From: Chrysomallon squamiferum
Taxonomy: Eukaryota; Animalia; Mollusca
Assembly: GCA_012295275.1 (NCBI GenBank)
Contig: CM022675.1
Coordinates: 13,950,001 to 14,014,000 of the forward strand
Direction: 5' to 3'
DNA length: 64,000 bases
Shown: positions 25,933 to 39,719 of the stretch, piece after piece
Layout: the number at the start of each line of letters is the position of its first letter
Position numbering within the stretch: position 1 is the first letter of the stretch
The notes under the pieces: model-generated
Told to the model about the DNA's origin: nothing
Databases searched by the model: none
Seen by the model: only the letters and a program-made list of their open reading frames with translations
Made by a program: the position numbers and the translations under genes

Positions 25933-28826
25933 ATGGATGATGAAAAGGAGAATTTAGAAGTCCATTCTAAAACCACAGCTGTTTCTGACAACACCACAGT
26001 TCCATTCACTTGTAACTCAGATACTGTACAGCCTCAAGTGTCAGGTATGACATCTTGTGAAGGTAATTAATAACACAGTATTTTTCTACAATGTAGTTTA
26101 CTGTTTTGATGGGCAGATCTAAACATACATTTTTATTATTAATATCTGTAACAGTGCAGTTTTTCTTTCAATGTATTGTTTAATGTCAAACAGTTTTACT
26201 ATGACAAAGGACAAAGTTATTATTTATTTCTGTTGCTTTTATTTTCACTTTAAAGTGTGTAATGACAATTTACAGGTTATAACACTATTGCAACAAGTAG
26301 AAAAATTACTCTCGTTTGTATGCACACACTTTTCTGATTTATACTGATAATAAATTAATAATTTAAAGATTTTTATATCCTTTTTCTTTGACATATGAAA
26401 ACTGTAGAACAAGACACACTGATTACTGTTTGATTACCATCATGGCCTTTGATATTATTCTTGTATTTATTTCATTTACTTTAATACTGTAAAGTAGTAC
26501 TTATTTCTTAACACCTAAACATAATGAGTTAACAATAATAAACACATTCTTTTTAAACATATATACATACATTCAGTGATAAGATTTTGTTAATAATGTA
26601 CATAGATAAAAAATTTTTTTTAGTAGAAAATCTGTTTGTAATTTGTGGATTTATAGGTTTTCATTTACTGTTTTAGAGATCCAACAAGAGCACAGTCAGT
26701 GACAGAAAGAAAGTAAATATCAGCACAGTTCAGAATTACCAACTATCTCATGACAAGAATGCTGTATTTGGTAGATAACAGAACAGCACAGCCTGGTAAT
26801 CATTAGTACTTTTCTGTCAGATTCTGTGATCTGAACAACATGCATGCACATGTTGAGACAGACACACACACACACACATTTTCACTAACAAGTTATTAAA
26901 TTTTACATTGTAGTTTTGATGGTGTGCATACCTTAGTGTTTTTAAAAGATCACCATAAATACTGAAATACTAAACAAATTATCATTATAATCTCCAGTCA
27001 AGGTTGAAATATCAAACAGATTATCATTATTATCTCTTATAAATATTAAAATGCTATGCAAAGTGTCATCATTATCTCTAGTAAATATTGAAATACTGTG
27101 CAAAGTGTATATAAGACAACAGCAATCACTAAACAATCAGAGCAATAAATAAATAAATAAATAACAATATCTTTTAGCAGCATGAACATGAGGTTCTGTT
27201 CACACAGTGAATTTTCTCGTTGACCAGAGATATAATGATACAGACGAAAACAACTGGAAGAAAAGTCAAGTACTGATATTTAACACAGCAGATGTTGTTC
27301 AGTCTACTCGATAAAGGAGCTGATCCTAATACTCGTGTAGCTGTTAAAAGGATGTTGGTTGATTGTTTTAACATTGGCAATAAAAACTGATTATAATCTG
27401 ATTCAGTGCTCAACAGAGACCAGATTGAATCTATTGCCATCTGACTCACCTCTCCACATTTCAGTTCTGCATGATGACTTAGATTTGGTGAAATCATTGG
27501 TGAAAAGAAATGCTGATATTAATGCAATGAACAGTGAGGGAAACATACAAACAGAACAAAGTAGTTTTGTGTTTACTGGAACATGAAGCTGACCCTAATT
27601 TAACACAGTGATAACAGTTCTGTTCTACCAACAGGAGCTAAACAGTGAAATATAGAAATCGTCACAGGTCTGATAGAAAAAGGTGTTCATGAACTCACAG
27701 CACTGAGTAAGAAAGGTGTTGATGTAAATACATTAAACAGTAGATGTAAAACTCCTCTTTTTAAAGCCTTGAATTGTCAACAGAACAAAGTACTTTTGTA
27801 TTTGCTGGAACATGGGGCTGATCCAAATTTAACACAGTGATAACAGTTCTGTTCTACCAACAGGAGCTAAACAGTGAAATATAGAAATCGTCACAGGTCT
27901 GATAGAAAAAGGTGTTCATGAACTCACAGCACTGAGTAAGAAAGGTGTTGATGTAAATACATTAAACAGTAGATGTAAAACTCCTCTTCTTAAAGCCTTG
28001 AATTGTCAACAGAACAAAGTACTTTTGTATTTGCTGGAACATATGGCTGATCCTAATTTAACAGACAGAGGTAACAGTTCTGTTTTACACATATCAGCTG
28101 AACATAGAAACAATAGAAATTGTGACAGCACTGAGAAAAAAGGTGCTGATGTAAATGTTTTAAACAGTACAGGTAAAATTCCTCCTTTTACAGCTTGTAA
28201 ACTACAAAGAGAACACAGTAATTCTGTATTTACAGGAACATGGAGCAGATCCTAATTTAACCAGCAATGAAAATAGTTCTGCTTTACACCTTGCTGCAAA
28301 ATGTGGGAAAATAGAAATTGTCTAAAACTCATAGAAAAAGATGCTAATGAAATTTTAAAAACAATGAAACACCTCTTCTTACAGCTATGAACTACAGATG
28401 GAGCTGATCCTAATTTAACAGATAGATATAAGAATTGTGTTTTAACTGTAGCAGCTACACATGAAACAATAGAAATTTCAACAGCACTGATTAAAAAATG
28501 TGCTGATGTAAATATTATAAAGACTAGAGGTGAAACTCCTCTTCATACACTGTGAACTATAAACAAAGCAAAATTGTTTATTATTTACTAGAACATGGAG
28601 TTGATCCTAAAATAACAGACAGTGAAAACAATTCTGTTTTACACATAGCTCCTAAATTAGGGAATAAACAGAAATTGTGACAACTCTGATTAAAAAGGTG
28701 TTAATATAAATATTAAGAACAATGAAAGTGAAATTTGTCTTCCTACAGCTCTGAATTATCAGTGGCATTCATACATGAAGGTTCCAAAGGACATTTTGTA
28801 TTTCTGGAACATGGAGCTGATCCTTA
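25933..28826 (+). pseudogene. Copy B: NLR-like paralog with the NTPase deleted and frameshifted ankyrin repeats
   Basis: Exon 2 MDDEKENLEVHSKTTAVS.. (25933-26062) and exon 3 remnant ~26679-26775. Intron-3 sequence joins at ~27170 to sequence homologous to copy A 19500. Ankyrin remnants carry many stops and a 229-bp internal tandem duplication. Confidence 0.85.
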
Positions 28827-29730
28827 AATTTGCATGTTGTATAATTAAATTAATGTTTAAACTTAAAATGAATATATGCAACATAGTATTTGTTCTTTAT
28901 TGATTTAAATATTATTACTGTTATTGTTATTGCTATAATTATTATTATTATTATTATTATTACATTTGTATCCAATTAAATCTTTGTTTATTTTTTCTCA
29001 CTCACTTTTTATTTATTTATTTATTTATTTTTTTTTGACAGCTAAGTATGTTATTTTTATTTTTCAGAATTGTTTATGTATATTTTTATTTTATTATATT
29101 TTATTACACTTTCTTCTGGGTTTTTAACATTAATTTAAAATTCATTCCCTTAATAGATTTGTTGTTTAAAATCATTGAATGATGCTTGTATGTTAAACTG
29201 CATGCATAGTAAATAAATGCACTTGCTGAATTAAACGTAATCTGTTTTGTGGCCAATTTGTGTCTTGTTCTTTCTGGGAAAGCGTCTCATGTTTTCCTGT
29301 GCTTTCAGTATTTTTAATCTTTATTTTTGATTATGTATGTGTGTATTTACTGTTTAACTGTCACGATTTTGTCGTTTTTCTTTATTAGTAAAGGTGTATA
29401 TTGAATGATCTGAACACAGCACTAATGTAATTGTCTAGATTTGGTTAATGAGTGATAATAAAAAGTAAGAAGTAATTGTTAATACTTACTAGTTTGTTTC
29501 GAGTGTATTTTATTATAAATATAGTACATAACAAATATGAATGGTTTAGCAGTCACAACAGTAAGGAAATAAAAACTGATTTACACAATAATGAACGAGA
29601 AAATATTAGTCAATTTGTTATAACTTTGTCATCAAATGAAAACTAAACATTGATTTTTAGTTCTTTTATTATATCATTCATAATTGTTTCATTTAAGGAA
29701 TCACCACTTGGTCTTTGAATTGAAAGAAAC

Positions 29731-29747
29731 ATTACTATTATTATTAC

Positions 29748-29813
<66 letters not shown>

Positions 29814-29825
29814 TATTATTATTAC

Positions 29826-29867
<42 letters not shown>
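29731..29867. repeat. (ATT)n microsatellite
   Basis: Direct reading; the paralogous tract at ~51247-51290 is shorter. Confidence 0.95.
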
Positions 29868-30881
29868 GAAATGTATCTTCAGTGGTTTTTTCTTTTTTTT
29901 TCTTATGAATTTCTTATGATTTATTGCACCCACATTATTAGCTACATAATTATATGAAATACGGTTATACTAACTGATACGTACATTATTAACGTACGTG
30001 TATGTGTTATAATTTTTCTGTAAAGAGTTAAATAAAGAATAAATGTGCTAATACTATTGAAAATAAAATAAATATTACTATAGACATTAATTAAAATAAT
30101 ATTTATATGAAAGTGGAATTAAATAAGAACTGCACAAATTAAGTAGATTTCATTATTTCTACTATCCTTTTTCTTTTTCTTAATATGTATGTTAAATAAA
30201 GTGTAAGTATAGTAGTGCTTCATAACTTACATGCAACAAAATGTATAGGAAGTTCTTGCAAAATACACGTTTCTTGCAGAATAAAATAAAGAATTACTGC
30301 AGAAGTTTTTTCTTGAACTTCATCATTACATATTTAGATTTGACATTAAAACATTATGCGTTCTTAAAGACTTACCGTTTGAAAATTACGCATTTGTTCA
30401 TTGTGAGAAAATGTTATTCCATAAAATTTGTTATCACTACAATTAACAGAATGGCGTCAGAAGTAATTGCTCGCTCACTCTGCCTTGTTTCAAGATTCGA
30501 CTGTTTCCTTTACCAGAAGCAAACGTTGGTTTAAAAACTGAACAAAAAAACCAACATAACATGATTGCTTATTTCCTCGCTCACGTGACAAAGGTAATCG
30601 ACGAACTCTGCTTGTTCTCTGCCCTACCTCGGTGCCATTGAAACTGTGTTGCGCTTTCCTTTCCACCGCAGTTTGGAAGTCGTTTTCTTAAAGTTGTCCT
30701 CGTCATTTTCACTTTCAAAACCTCAAATAAATATTCTCTCGAACAGTCGAAACGTACAGGATCAAATTCTAAAAATGTTCTGTGATATTGTAATGTCTAT
30801 ATGTGTGCATGTGTGTTTGTGTATACATGTAATGTATATGTATATTCAAAACAACGTAAATGAGAAAAAATCACATTAAGA

Positions 30882-30924
<43 letters not shown>

Positions 30925-31789
30925 AGGCATATACAGCAAAACAGTAAGCAATAAAATACAGTTAAATAACTGGTATGTTAAGAATTTATTGCAGTCAAAT
31001 CATATTATAGGAAACTCAGTAATCTGACATACGCATGTTATCTCACGCATACACAGAGACAGAAACGCACACAAACGTGCACAGACATAGAGAGATACAC
31101 ACATATTCAGATACAGAAATACACACCAGCACACCCAGACATAGACATACTCAGACACACAGAAACACAGAGATACTCACGCACAGACAGAACAAGAGAT
31201 GAGCACCAGATATTAGAATCATTAACTTTACTATGATATGATAACTAAAACAACAACTTTAAAATACTGAGTCTAAAAGTAAAAATGCCTACAGAAATTA
31301 CTAAAAAAAAAGAAGAAGTAAAACTCTTCAATAGCTATTTATACAAAAACTATATTATTCCAAAAACATTTGGTGAAAATAAAAATTGTGAACAAGGGAC
31401 TATCAGAGATAACTCTTTCTGTAGAGGGACGTCTGAGTGAGGAGAACAGGTAACTCCAGATTCCTGAAAACAGAAGAGTTCCAGTTCCATTGCTTTTCAG
31501 AGCATTAGTACAATATATATTAAACAGAAAACCTTTAAAATAAACGTGCGAGTGTCTGTGTGCGCGCATGCGCATATATGTGTGTGTGTGTGTGTTAACC
31601 GTCTAAACTTCCACTAAAATTTGTTGATCTGCCTATTGATATACATACCCAAGTGTTTATATACTTAAGAAAACACACACACACACACACATCATTATAT
31701 AATAATAATAATAATAATGATAATATGTATTATTATTATTATTTTCATTATTATTACTGTTACTGTTATTGTCATTGTTATTGTTTTTG

Positions 31790-31833
<44 letters not shown>

Positions 31834-32000
31834 TTGTTAAGCAGAACTATAATAATGACAATTATGTTTTTAGTAACCTTCGTTCCGTTACCGATAATAA
31901 ATAACTAAATAACCAAATAAATACATAAATATATAAATAAATAAATAGCTAAACCGGTCAGTTACAATTATTTTTTTCTCTTATATATTCGGGCATTGTT

Positions 32001-32158
32001 ATGGCGCATTCGCAGGTTGCTCTCGTTCTGGTATCCTTAGCAACGGTTTTCACCAGCACCGAGCCGACGTTTCTGAATCACATGGTGACAGTTTATGGTG
32101 ATCTTGGGGTGATCCAGAGTTTTGTCCCGATGGAAGTTTCGTTGTTGGTTTGGGTATG
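32001..32158 (+). pseudogene. Vitelline membrane outer layer 1 (VMO1, beta-prism)-like 5' gene fragment
   Basis: ATG 32001 gives signal-peptide-like MAHSQVALVLVSLATVFTS. A shifted frame gives HGDSLW*SWGDPEFCPDGSFVVGLGM, matching the VMO-I repeat pattern GxxWGxWxxxExCPxGxxxxGFxL. Contains a frameshift and a stop. Confidence 0.65.
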
Positions 32159-32195
32159 ATTTGTGTTAAAACTGATATTTTACAGTTCAGCCAAT

Positions 32196-35100
32196 ATGGG
32201 TGAGAAAAATGAAGATTCAGAAGTCAACTCTAAAACAATAGTTGTTTGTCTGTCTGACAACACCACAGTTACATCTACTTGTAACTCAGATAATGGACAC
32301 CATTTACAGCTGCAAGTGTCATGTATCACATCTTTTGAAGGTAATTAATAACACAGTAGTTTTCTACAATGTAGTTTACTATTTTGAGTGGGGAGATCTA
32401 AACAGAGAATATTTTTAGTTACATCTGTAACAATGCAGTTTTTCAATATATTGGGGGGGGGGTTCTCCAAAAATTCTTCTTGTAAGTTGTGAATTTAAAT
32501 AATTTCATTACTGTTTCACAGATCCTTCAAGAAGACAGTCAGAGGTAGAATAAAATAGAAATTGCAATATAGTTAACAAATACTACACCGTATCGCAGTG
32601 CAATAAAGCTGTGTTAGGAAATGAAGTTGGGAATACTCATAAGTTTTCTTTTCGTTGTAAGTTTGATTGATAACCGTCTACACAACCCAGTAATCATTAG
32701 TACTTTTCTATCAGACACAGTGACCTGAGCCACACACACACACACACACACACAGACAGACACTCAGGTTTATGATTTATGAACTGAACTGTGTGCACAA
32801 ACATTTTCATAGAAAATTAAACAGCTATCACTGAACTACACACACACACACACACACACACAGACTGTTAGACTGAATTAGAGTATCGTCTTAATACAAG
32901 TCATTAAAAAAATTTATATACCTATTGAAGCACTATGCAATATATTAATATTATCACAAATAAATAGTAAAATAATATAAATGTATCATTATTATCACCA
33001 GCAAACATAAACTATTATACAAAGTATATAGAACAACAACAATTAGAACCGAATCAAAACAATAAATAAATAAATATCATCAAGAAACAGTGACAATGGC
33101 AGTAGTTTGACAATAGTAGTAATTACAGTAAAATCAACGACAAAAATGTAATAATAATGTTACAAGCTTGCCCTTTTATGACTAAACTGCTGATTAATTT
33201 ACTCACCAAAAACATAAACGTACTGGTTTTATTTTTATATTATTTCAGCAAAGACTGATAGAAGAATTTCAAGTTTTAAAGGTACTTGTTTTTTTCCTTG
33301 TATAGTTTAGAACAAATGTGCATTAATAATGAGATAATGATCTAGTTGCTTTTAATCTTACAAGCTCTGTTATGACTAAACTGAAAAGTAATTGAACAAA
33401 TCACTGTTATTAATAATTCTTGTTTGCTTCACGGTAATAGAAACTTCCTGGCTTTATTTCTACATTATCTCAGAAAAGGCTGATGGAAGAATATCCAAAA
33501 TTAAAGGTAAATCTTTTTTTCTCATCTAGTTTTGAAAAATATGCATTACTCTTAGAAGCTCGCAGTGTTATGATAAACTGCAGATTAATTGCAAACATCA
33601 CTCTGTTAATAATTCCTGTTTACTTATCAGTAATAGAAACTCACTGGTTTTATTTTTACATTTTTCCAGAAAAGACTGATGGAACAGCATCCAATATTAA
33701 AAGTGCTTGTATAGTCGCTTTAAATCTTATTGATATTTTCATTAAATTCTGATGAACAAATATTATGGCAAGAGACTATAGCATTATTTTAAGAACTTGA
33801 AATCCTGATTTATATAACAAAACATTTTCAAAACAGTTTATAATAGATCTTAATTTTTTAACTTGTTTTGATACAGTTTCTACCAGGTCAAGGATAAACT
33901 CTGTTGACTGGAGGCTCTGTGTTGAAATAAGAGCTGAGAAAAGAGGTGTTATACTTCTGAAAAAGAATGATGTTGTGATTATAGTAGAATGTGCAGGTAA
34001 AGGGAAGACAATTCTACCTTTGTGCATGATGAAACCATTAGAAGAAGAAGAGAACAGAGATTCTTACTTGCTGAAATTTGATTTCTTTACAGAGAATCAT
34101 CTCCTTGACTTGCAGAATGATGACTGTTGTCTGAATCACGATTAAAAGTATAGAATTCTAAACAAATATCTCAAACAAAAAAATGTCACAATGGACTGTC
34201 ATTTGTAGATCATGTACAGAGTTAGGATTCCCTCAGGTATGTGTCTATTATGTTAATTCAAGTGATGCACAAAAAAGAGGAGTTGAGTTTTTTCAGAAAC
34301 CTGTAGAATATCTCAGACAACAGCTAGAAACTATGAAAAGTGATGAATCCTTACAGATCAATTGTTCTATTGGTCATAATATTTCAGCAAGGCAGGTTCA
34401 GTATTGATTTGTTGAACCCATTTGAAAATGATAATGACAGTAACATAATGAATTTAAAAAAACTGCTAGAGCGTGTCTGTCAAAGTCTAAAAGACACCGA
34501 TCTTGCAGATATAAACAGAGCAGCTGATGTAATGTGTGGTACCAATTTGAAGTGTAATGACAATAATTACACATTTATACATCAGTCAGTGTTTGACTGT
34601 TCGTTTCTGATGTTTTCATCAAAGTTTCCAAAGAAAGCATCAAAGTTACTAGAAGTGTGTCCTGTCTCCATGTTGTTAGAATATGTTGTGACGCCTGGAG
34701 TGTCTAACAAAAGTCACAATGACTGTGAAACCTGACTGCTTTGATTTTCTTGCTCGCAGATTTACTGACTTGCTGGCATCAAGCAATGCCAGAAAAATTA
34801 TTTCACATCCATCACTGAAAAATGAAGAGTTTGTAAAGTATATCATAGAGGAAAAAAACTTTTGTTATGGTAAATTGTCTGAAATATTGAATCAGAAACT
34901 AAAGTACAGGTACATGACTGTAGAACAGAATTTGGTAAAAACGTCCGTATGGAAACTGAAGAAATTGTACATTTCTGTGACAGTTATTAAGTGTATTCAA
35001 TAGTGAAAGTAATATGTATTAATTCATCATTTGTTGCAAGTGAATGTGTTGTGAAATGACTAAGAGCTTTGTCGAGGTTTTCTTGCATCAAATCTGTGTA

Positions 35101-38100
35101 AAATACAATACCTATATCAGAAAAATCAACTTTTGGATATTTCTTGTTTATTTGGTGATAAAAAATATTGTGAAAATATTCCTACAATCAGATGTTATTC
35201 CAATTTTTGATACATACAGTTTAGTTGCATGTTCAAAAACAGATATCCTTACAATACCCCAAAACTGTTACCGTATAAAAATGTGAATTTGAGTATGTAT
35301 TCCTGGTTGTTACCACTTTCAATTTATTCATCTAACATGAACATTGCCTGTTTCTTGGCTGACATTATAAATACTCAGAAAGACAAAAGTGAAATAAAGA
35401 AAAAAGTTGTGAAACTGTTATTGGTTAGGTTCCATCCACATGTACATCACACAATTGTTCACAGATACTTCGCAAAATCAGTAATTGATAAAGAAAATGA
35501 TACGAGCCATATTCTTAAGAAACTGGTTGCCATTGAAATAATAAACAAAATTGAAAACACTGCAGTCATTGCTGCTGGTCAGAGGAATTCAGGTGTTATT
35601 AAAGAAATAGTAAAACTGAAACCTGACTGTTTAAACGATGTGTGAATGACAGTGAATTTTCTCATTGAACAGAGACGAAATGATAAAGATGAGAACAACT
35701 GGAAGACAAGTCAACTACTGAAAAGCTATGATGTTTAACAGTGCAGATGTTGTTCAGTGTCTCCTTGATAATGAAGCTCTTAATAGGACATTAAGTGGTT
35801 TGAATGGAAAACTAGATTAAAATTGTTGGACTGCGACTCGCCTGTCCACATTTCAGCTCTGCGCGGTGATTTAGATTTGTTGAAATCACTAGTAAAAAGA
35901 AATGCTGATATCAACGCAGTGAACACTGAGAGGAAAACTGCACTTCATAAAGCTGTAAGTCATTGTGGATTTTACACAAAAGAATTACTTTTGTTTTTAC
36001 TAGAAAATGGAGCTGATGTTAACATCACAGATGATGATAGAATTCAGCTTTACACTTAGCAGCTGAAGTTAGATATATGGATATTATAACAACATTGATT
36101 GAAAAGGGTGTTGAGGTAAACAGTACTAACTATGAAGGTAAAATTTCTCTTTTTACTGCTCTGAATAATACTGAAAAACAACCATTTATGAGTGATGAAC
36201 AACGGAGAGCACCGATTGAGAACAGTGGTGGTAAAACTGCTTTCTTTCCAGTTGCAAGTCATTTGCATTTGCAGAAGAGGTCAAACAGCTTCTGTTACAG
36301 CTGTGAACTCTAAACAGAAGAAAGTAGTTTTGTATCTGCTGGAACATGGAGTTGATCCTAACATAACAGACAGAGATAACAATTCTGTTTTACAGATGGC
36401 AGCAAAAACATGGAAATATAGACACTGTTTCAGCATTGATGTTAAATATTACAAACAATGAACGTAAAACTCCTCTACTTACAGCTGTGAACTACAATCA
36501 GAACAAAGTAGTTTTCAGTTTACTGGAACATTGAGCAGATCCTAATTTAATAGAAAGTAAAAACAATTCTACTTTACACCTAGCATCAAAACTGCGAAGT
36601 ATAGAAATTGTGACAGTACTGATTGAAAAAGGTGGTAAAGTAAATAGTTAAACAAGGAAGGCGACATTCCTCTTCATACAGCTCTAAACTGTTGTCAGTA
36701 GCAGTCACATAGTAATGATAAACTTTGTGAAGTAGTAATATATTTAGTGGAATATGAAGATGATCTTAATTTAAGAGACAGTGGTAACAGTTCTATTTTG
36801 CACATAGCAGCGAAACATGGAACTATAAAAATTGTCACAGCATTGACTAATAAAGTTATAGATGTAAATATTATAAATAGTACAGGTGAAACTCCTCTTC
36901 ATACAGCTGTGAAGTACAAACAGGACAAAGTATTTTTGCATTTGCTGGGACACGGAGCTGATCCTATTTTAACAGACAGTGATAACAATTCTGCTTTAGT
37001 CATAGCAGCTGATTACGGAAATATAGACATTGTGAGAGCACTGATTGAGAAAGGTGTTGATATAAATCTTAAAACCAGTGATGATGAAACTCCTCTGCTT
37101 AGAACTTTAAGGGATTATGAATATTGTCAAAAGGAGTCTCTTAAAGATGAACGTTGCAAAATGGTTTTGTGTTTACTGGAACATGGAATTGATCCTCATG
37201 TGACAGACAAACATAAGAATTGTGCTTTACACAGAGCAGTGTTACAAGGAAATATAGAAACTGTGAGAGCACTCATTGGTAAAGGTGTTGATATAAATCT
37301 TAAAAACAGTGACGGTGATACTGCTTTGCTTAGAACTTTAAGGGATTATGAATAATGTGATAATGAGTTTCTTAAAGATGAACGTTGCAAAGTGGTTTTG
37401 TATTTACTGCAACATGGAGCTGATCCTAATTTAACAGACAGCGATAACAATTCTATTTGACACATAGGAGCTAAACAGGGAATTATAGAAATTGTGAGAG
37501 CACTGACTGAAATAGGTATTGATCCAAATCTTAAAAACAGTAGTGGTGAAAATGCTGTTTCTACAGCTTTAATTCATTATAAATATATATATTTTTTTAC
37601 TAATCAACACTTGAAAATAGTTTTGTATTTACTGGAAAATGGAACTGATCCTAATTTAACAGTCTTGTATAGCAATTCTCCTTTACATCTAGCAGCTGAA
37701 AATACAGGGAAATATAGAAACGGTGAGAGCACTGACTGAAAAAGGTGTTGATATAAATCTTAAAAACAGTAGTGGTGAAACTGCTCTCCTTACAATTTTA
37801 AATGATTATGGATATTTCCATTCTGAATCTGTAAAATAGGACGTCGGAAAGTAGTTTTGTATTTATTGCAACATGGAGCTGATCCTCTTTTAACAGATAA
37901 TGATAACAATTCTTCTTCACGTATAGCAGCTAAAAAGGAACAAATAGAAATTGTGAGAGCACTGATTGAAAAAGGAGCTGACGTAAACCTTAAAAACAAT
38001 GAAGGTTAAACTCCTCTGCTTACAGCTGTAAAATATGACAAGAACACTGCAAGCTTCTATTTGCTTAAAACAGACAGACAGAGCAATTCTGTTTTATACA

Positions 38101-38265
38101 TAGCAGCTAAACGTAGAGACATAGATACTGTGACAGCACTTGTTGAGGAAGGTGCTGATGTAAATGTTGTCAATGCTTTGGGAAAACTCTTCTCAGGATA
38201 GCTAAAGATGAATTTTGTAGAAAAAATCGTTTCCTTTCTACTGAATCATGGTGCAACATATAAAT
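32196..38265 (+). pseudogene. Copy C: most complete architecture (N-terminal exons, 3 micro-exons, degenerate nSTAND3 NTPase, helical region, long ankyrin array)
   Basis: Exon 2 32196-32340; exon 3 32522-32638 (stop, donor mutated to AT); micro-exons 33249-33281, 33474-33506, 33670-33702. NTPase remnant from ~33876 (VECAGKGKT, Walker B deleted, LGFPQ, FIHQSVFD). Ankyrin ORFs 35823-36059, 36747-37355, 37494-37739. Confidence 0.88.
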
Positions 38266-38560
38266 TAACTGGTATATTTTATTAACAAAAGTTAGTTACT
38301 ACATGATGGATAAAAACAGAATTTGACTGGTCGCATTTATAAGTAAAATAAATCTCATAATGATGGAGAAATTTCTTATAGCTTTATTACAAATATAAAA
38401 TAACTAATTTCTGCGCCCTGCTCTTAACAAATAAATATAGAAAACAATTTGTACCTGTATTTTCCATTGATTTTCTTGTTATTAATTTTCATTCAGTATG
38501 ACAGTCAGTACTCTTTTGAATTTAAATTAAATACAAACAAAAAATTATAATACAACATAC

Positions 38561-39584
38561 CTGACAATTCCATTAAAACTTTTTAAACATTAAAAACAGG
38601 TGTCTTTGTACACTGTGAAGGGAAAAGTTTTATATCAAAACATTTGAATCCTGAAAATCAGCCTGGCAGTACAAATGATCTTGTTAAAAGTTGAGAACAA
38701 AGGAAACTACTCTAGTAACATTATCAAGTGACAAGTCGAATGTCACTAGATCTTCTCCCATCAGATGTAATACTAATACAAAAATATTTACCTAGGTAGA
38801 TACTTGAATGTATTCTTGCTTGCTTCATTTCCACAGAATAATAAATTGTTGATCACCGTTTACGTTTATTTTAAGCTTTTTTCTTTTTTGTTTGTTTGTT
38901 TGTTTTTTTTGTTGTTTTTTTTTTTTTTTTTTATTATTAGTTTGTGTTTTTTGACACCACTTGTAAAGTCTCCTGTGTTGATCAGAAAGGAATTCAGTGT
39001 TTCCAGAAGAATCTGGTAATATAACCACATGCTATCCTAAATCATGGATCCTATTTTGCTCAAAGATCTCGTAATAGGATTTTCCATCAGTTATTTTGCT
39101 GTTGTGGGTTGTGTATTGTTGTATTTTGTTCATTTCCACATCCTTGTCAACAAAAACTGCTATTTCATTTCCAGATTCTAATTCACCGAGTGTCTCATCG
39201 AGCACTAGAATCAATGTTGTCATCATCAATAATCTTATCAGTCCCATATGTGTACTTTGGCTTTGTCCCATGGACGTTCTTGTAAATCAGAACTTAAAGC
39301 AGCAGTTTCCTGGGGATGTTCCAAATGGAAGATGGGAGAACATTAGTATAAAACATGTACTCATATTTGGTTCAGATAATTAATAATGATTTTTTGTAGG
39401 AGAGGGTTCCAAAGCAAATTCATATGGGCTAACGTTGCCTGCCTTCTTGGAGACATTTCTTTAGAATGACCAAAACAAAAAAGTGTTGCCATTCTTTAAC
39501 TGTAAACAGCAAATATAAGTGAAATATTAAAATTACTTACTGGACGTTCTATTTAACCATGTGTTTTATGAAACTGGATGCCAT
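38561..39584 (-). pseudogene. Possible degenerate minus-strand gene fragment of unknown family
   Basis: On the minus strand: ATG at 39584, GTAAGT donor after 39541, TTTACAG acceptor before 39499, GTATG donor after 38561. Coding-like pieces (VLDETLGELESGNEIAVFVDKDVEM; ILPDSSGNTEFLSDQHRRLYKW) with stops. The implied 41-nt intron is short. Confidence 0.3.
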
Positions 39585-39719
39585 CTTTAGAATATTCTTA
39601 TGTGAACTCTTTCATTTGACTTCATTATTTATGTAATGTTATTTTGGGATAGTTATGTCTTAAAAATATGTACATTCTTAACAGACTGATTGTCAAATAA
39701 AAGAATAATAATCCATACA

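Larger units (their letters stand above)
24098..30785. repeat. ~6.7-kb segmental duplication, unit 1 (partner 45479-52250)
   Basis: Collinear high identity from TTATAGTTATTTATTTACTT..TTAGAAAACG through promoter, exons, ankyrins and 3' region to ATCAAATTCT. Confidence 0.92.

Noticed and set aside
29643-29933. Poly-Ile / poly-Leu ORFs (also ~4370-4669, 31653-31908, 54895-55126, 56510-57201)
   Set aside because: (ATT)n and similar simple-repeat artefacts.
36747-37355. Stand-alone functional ankyrin gene
   Set aside because: GTG start; an open stretch inside a frameshifted array of pseudogene copy C.
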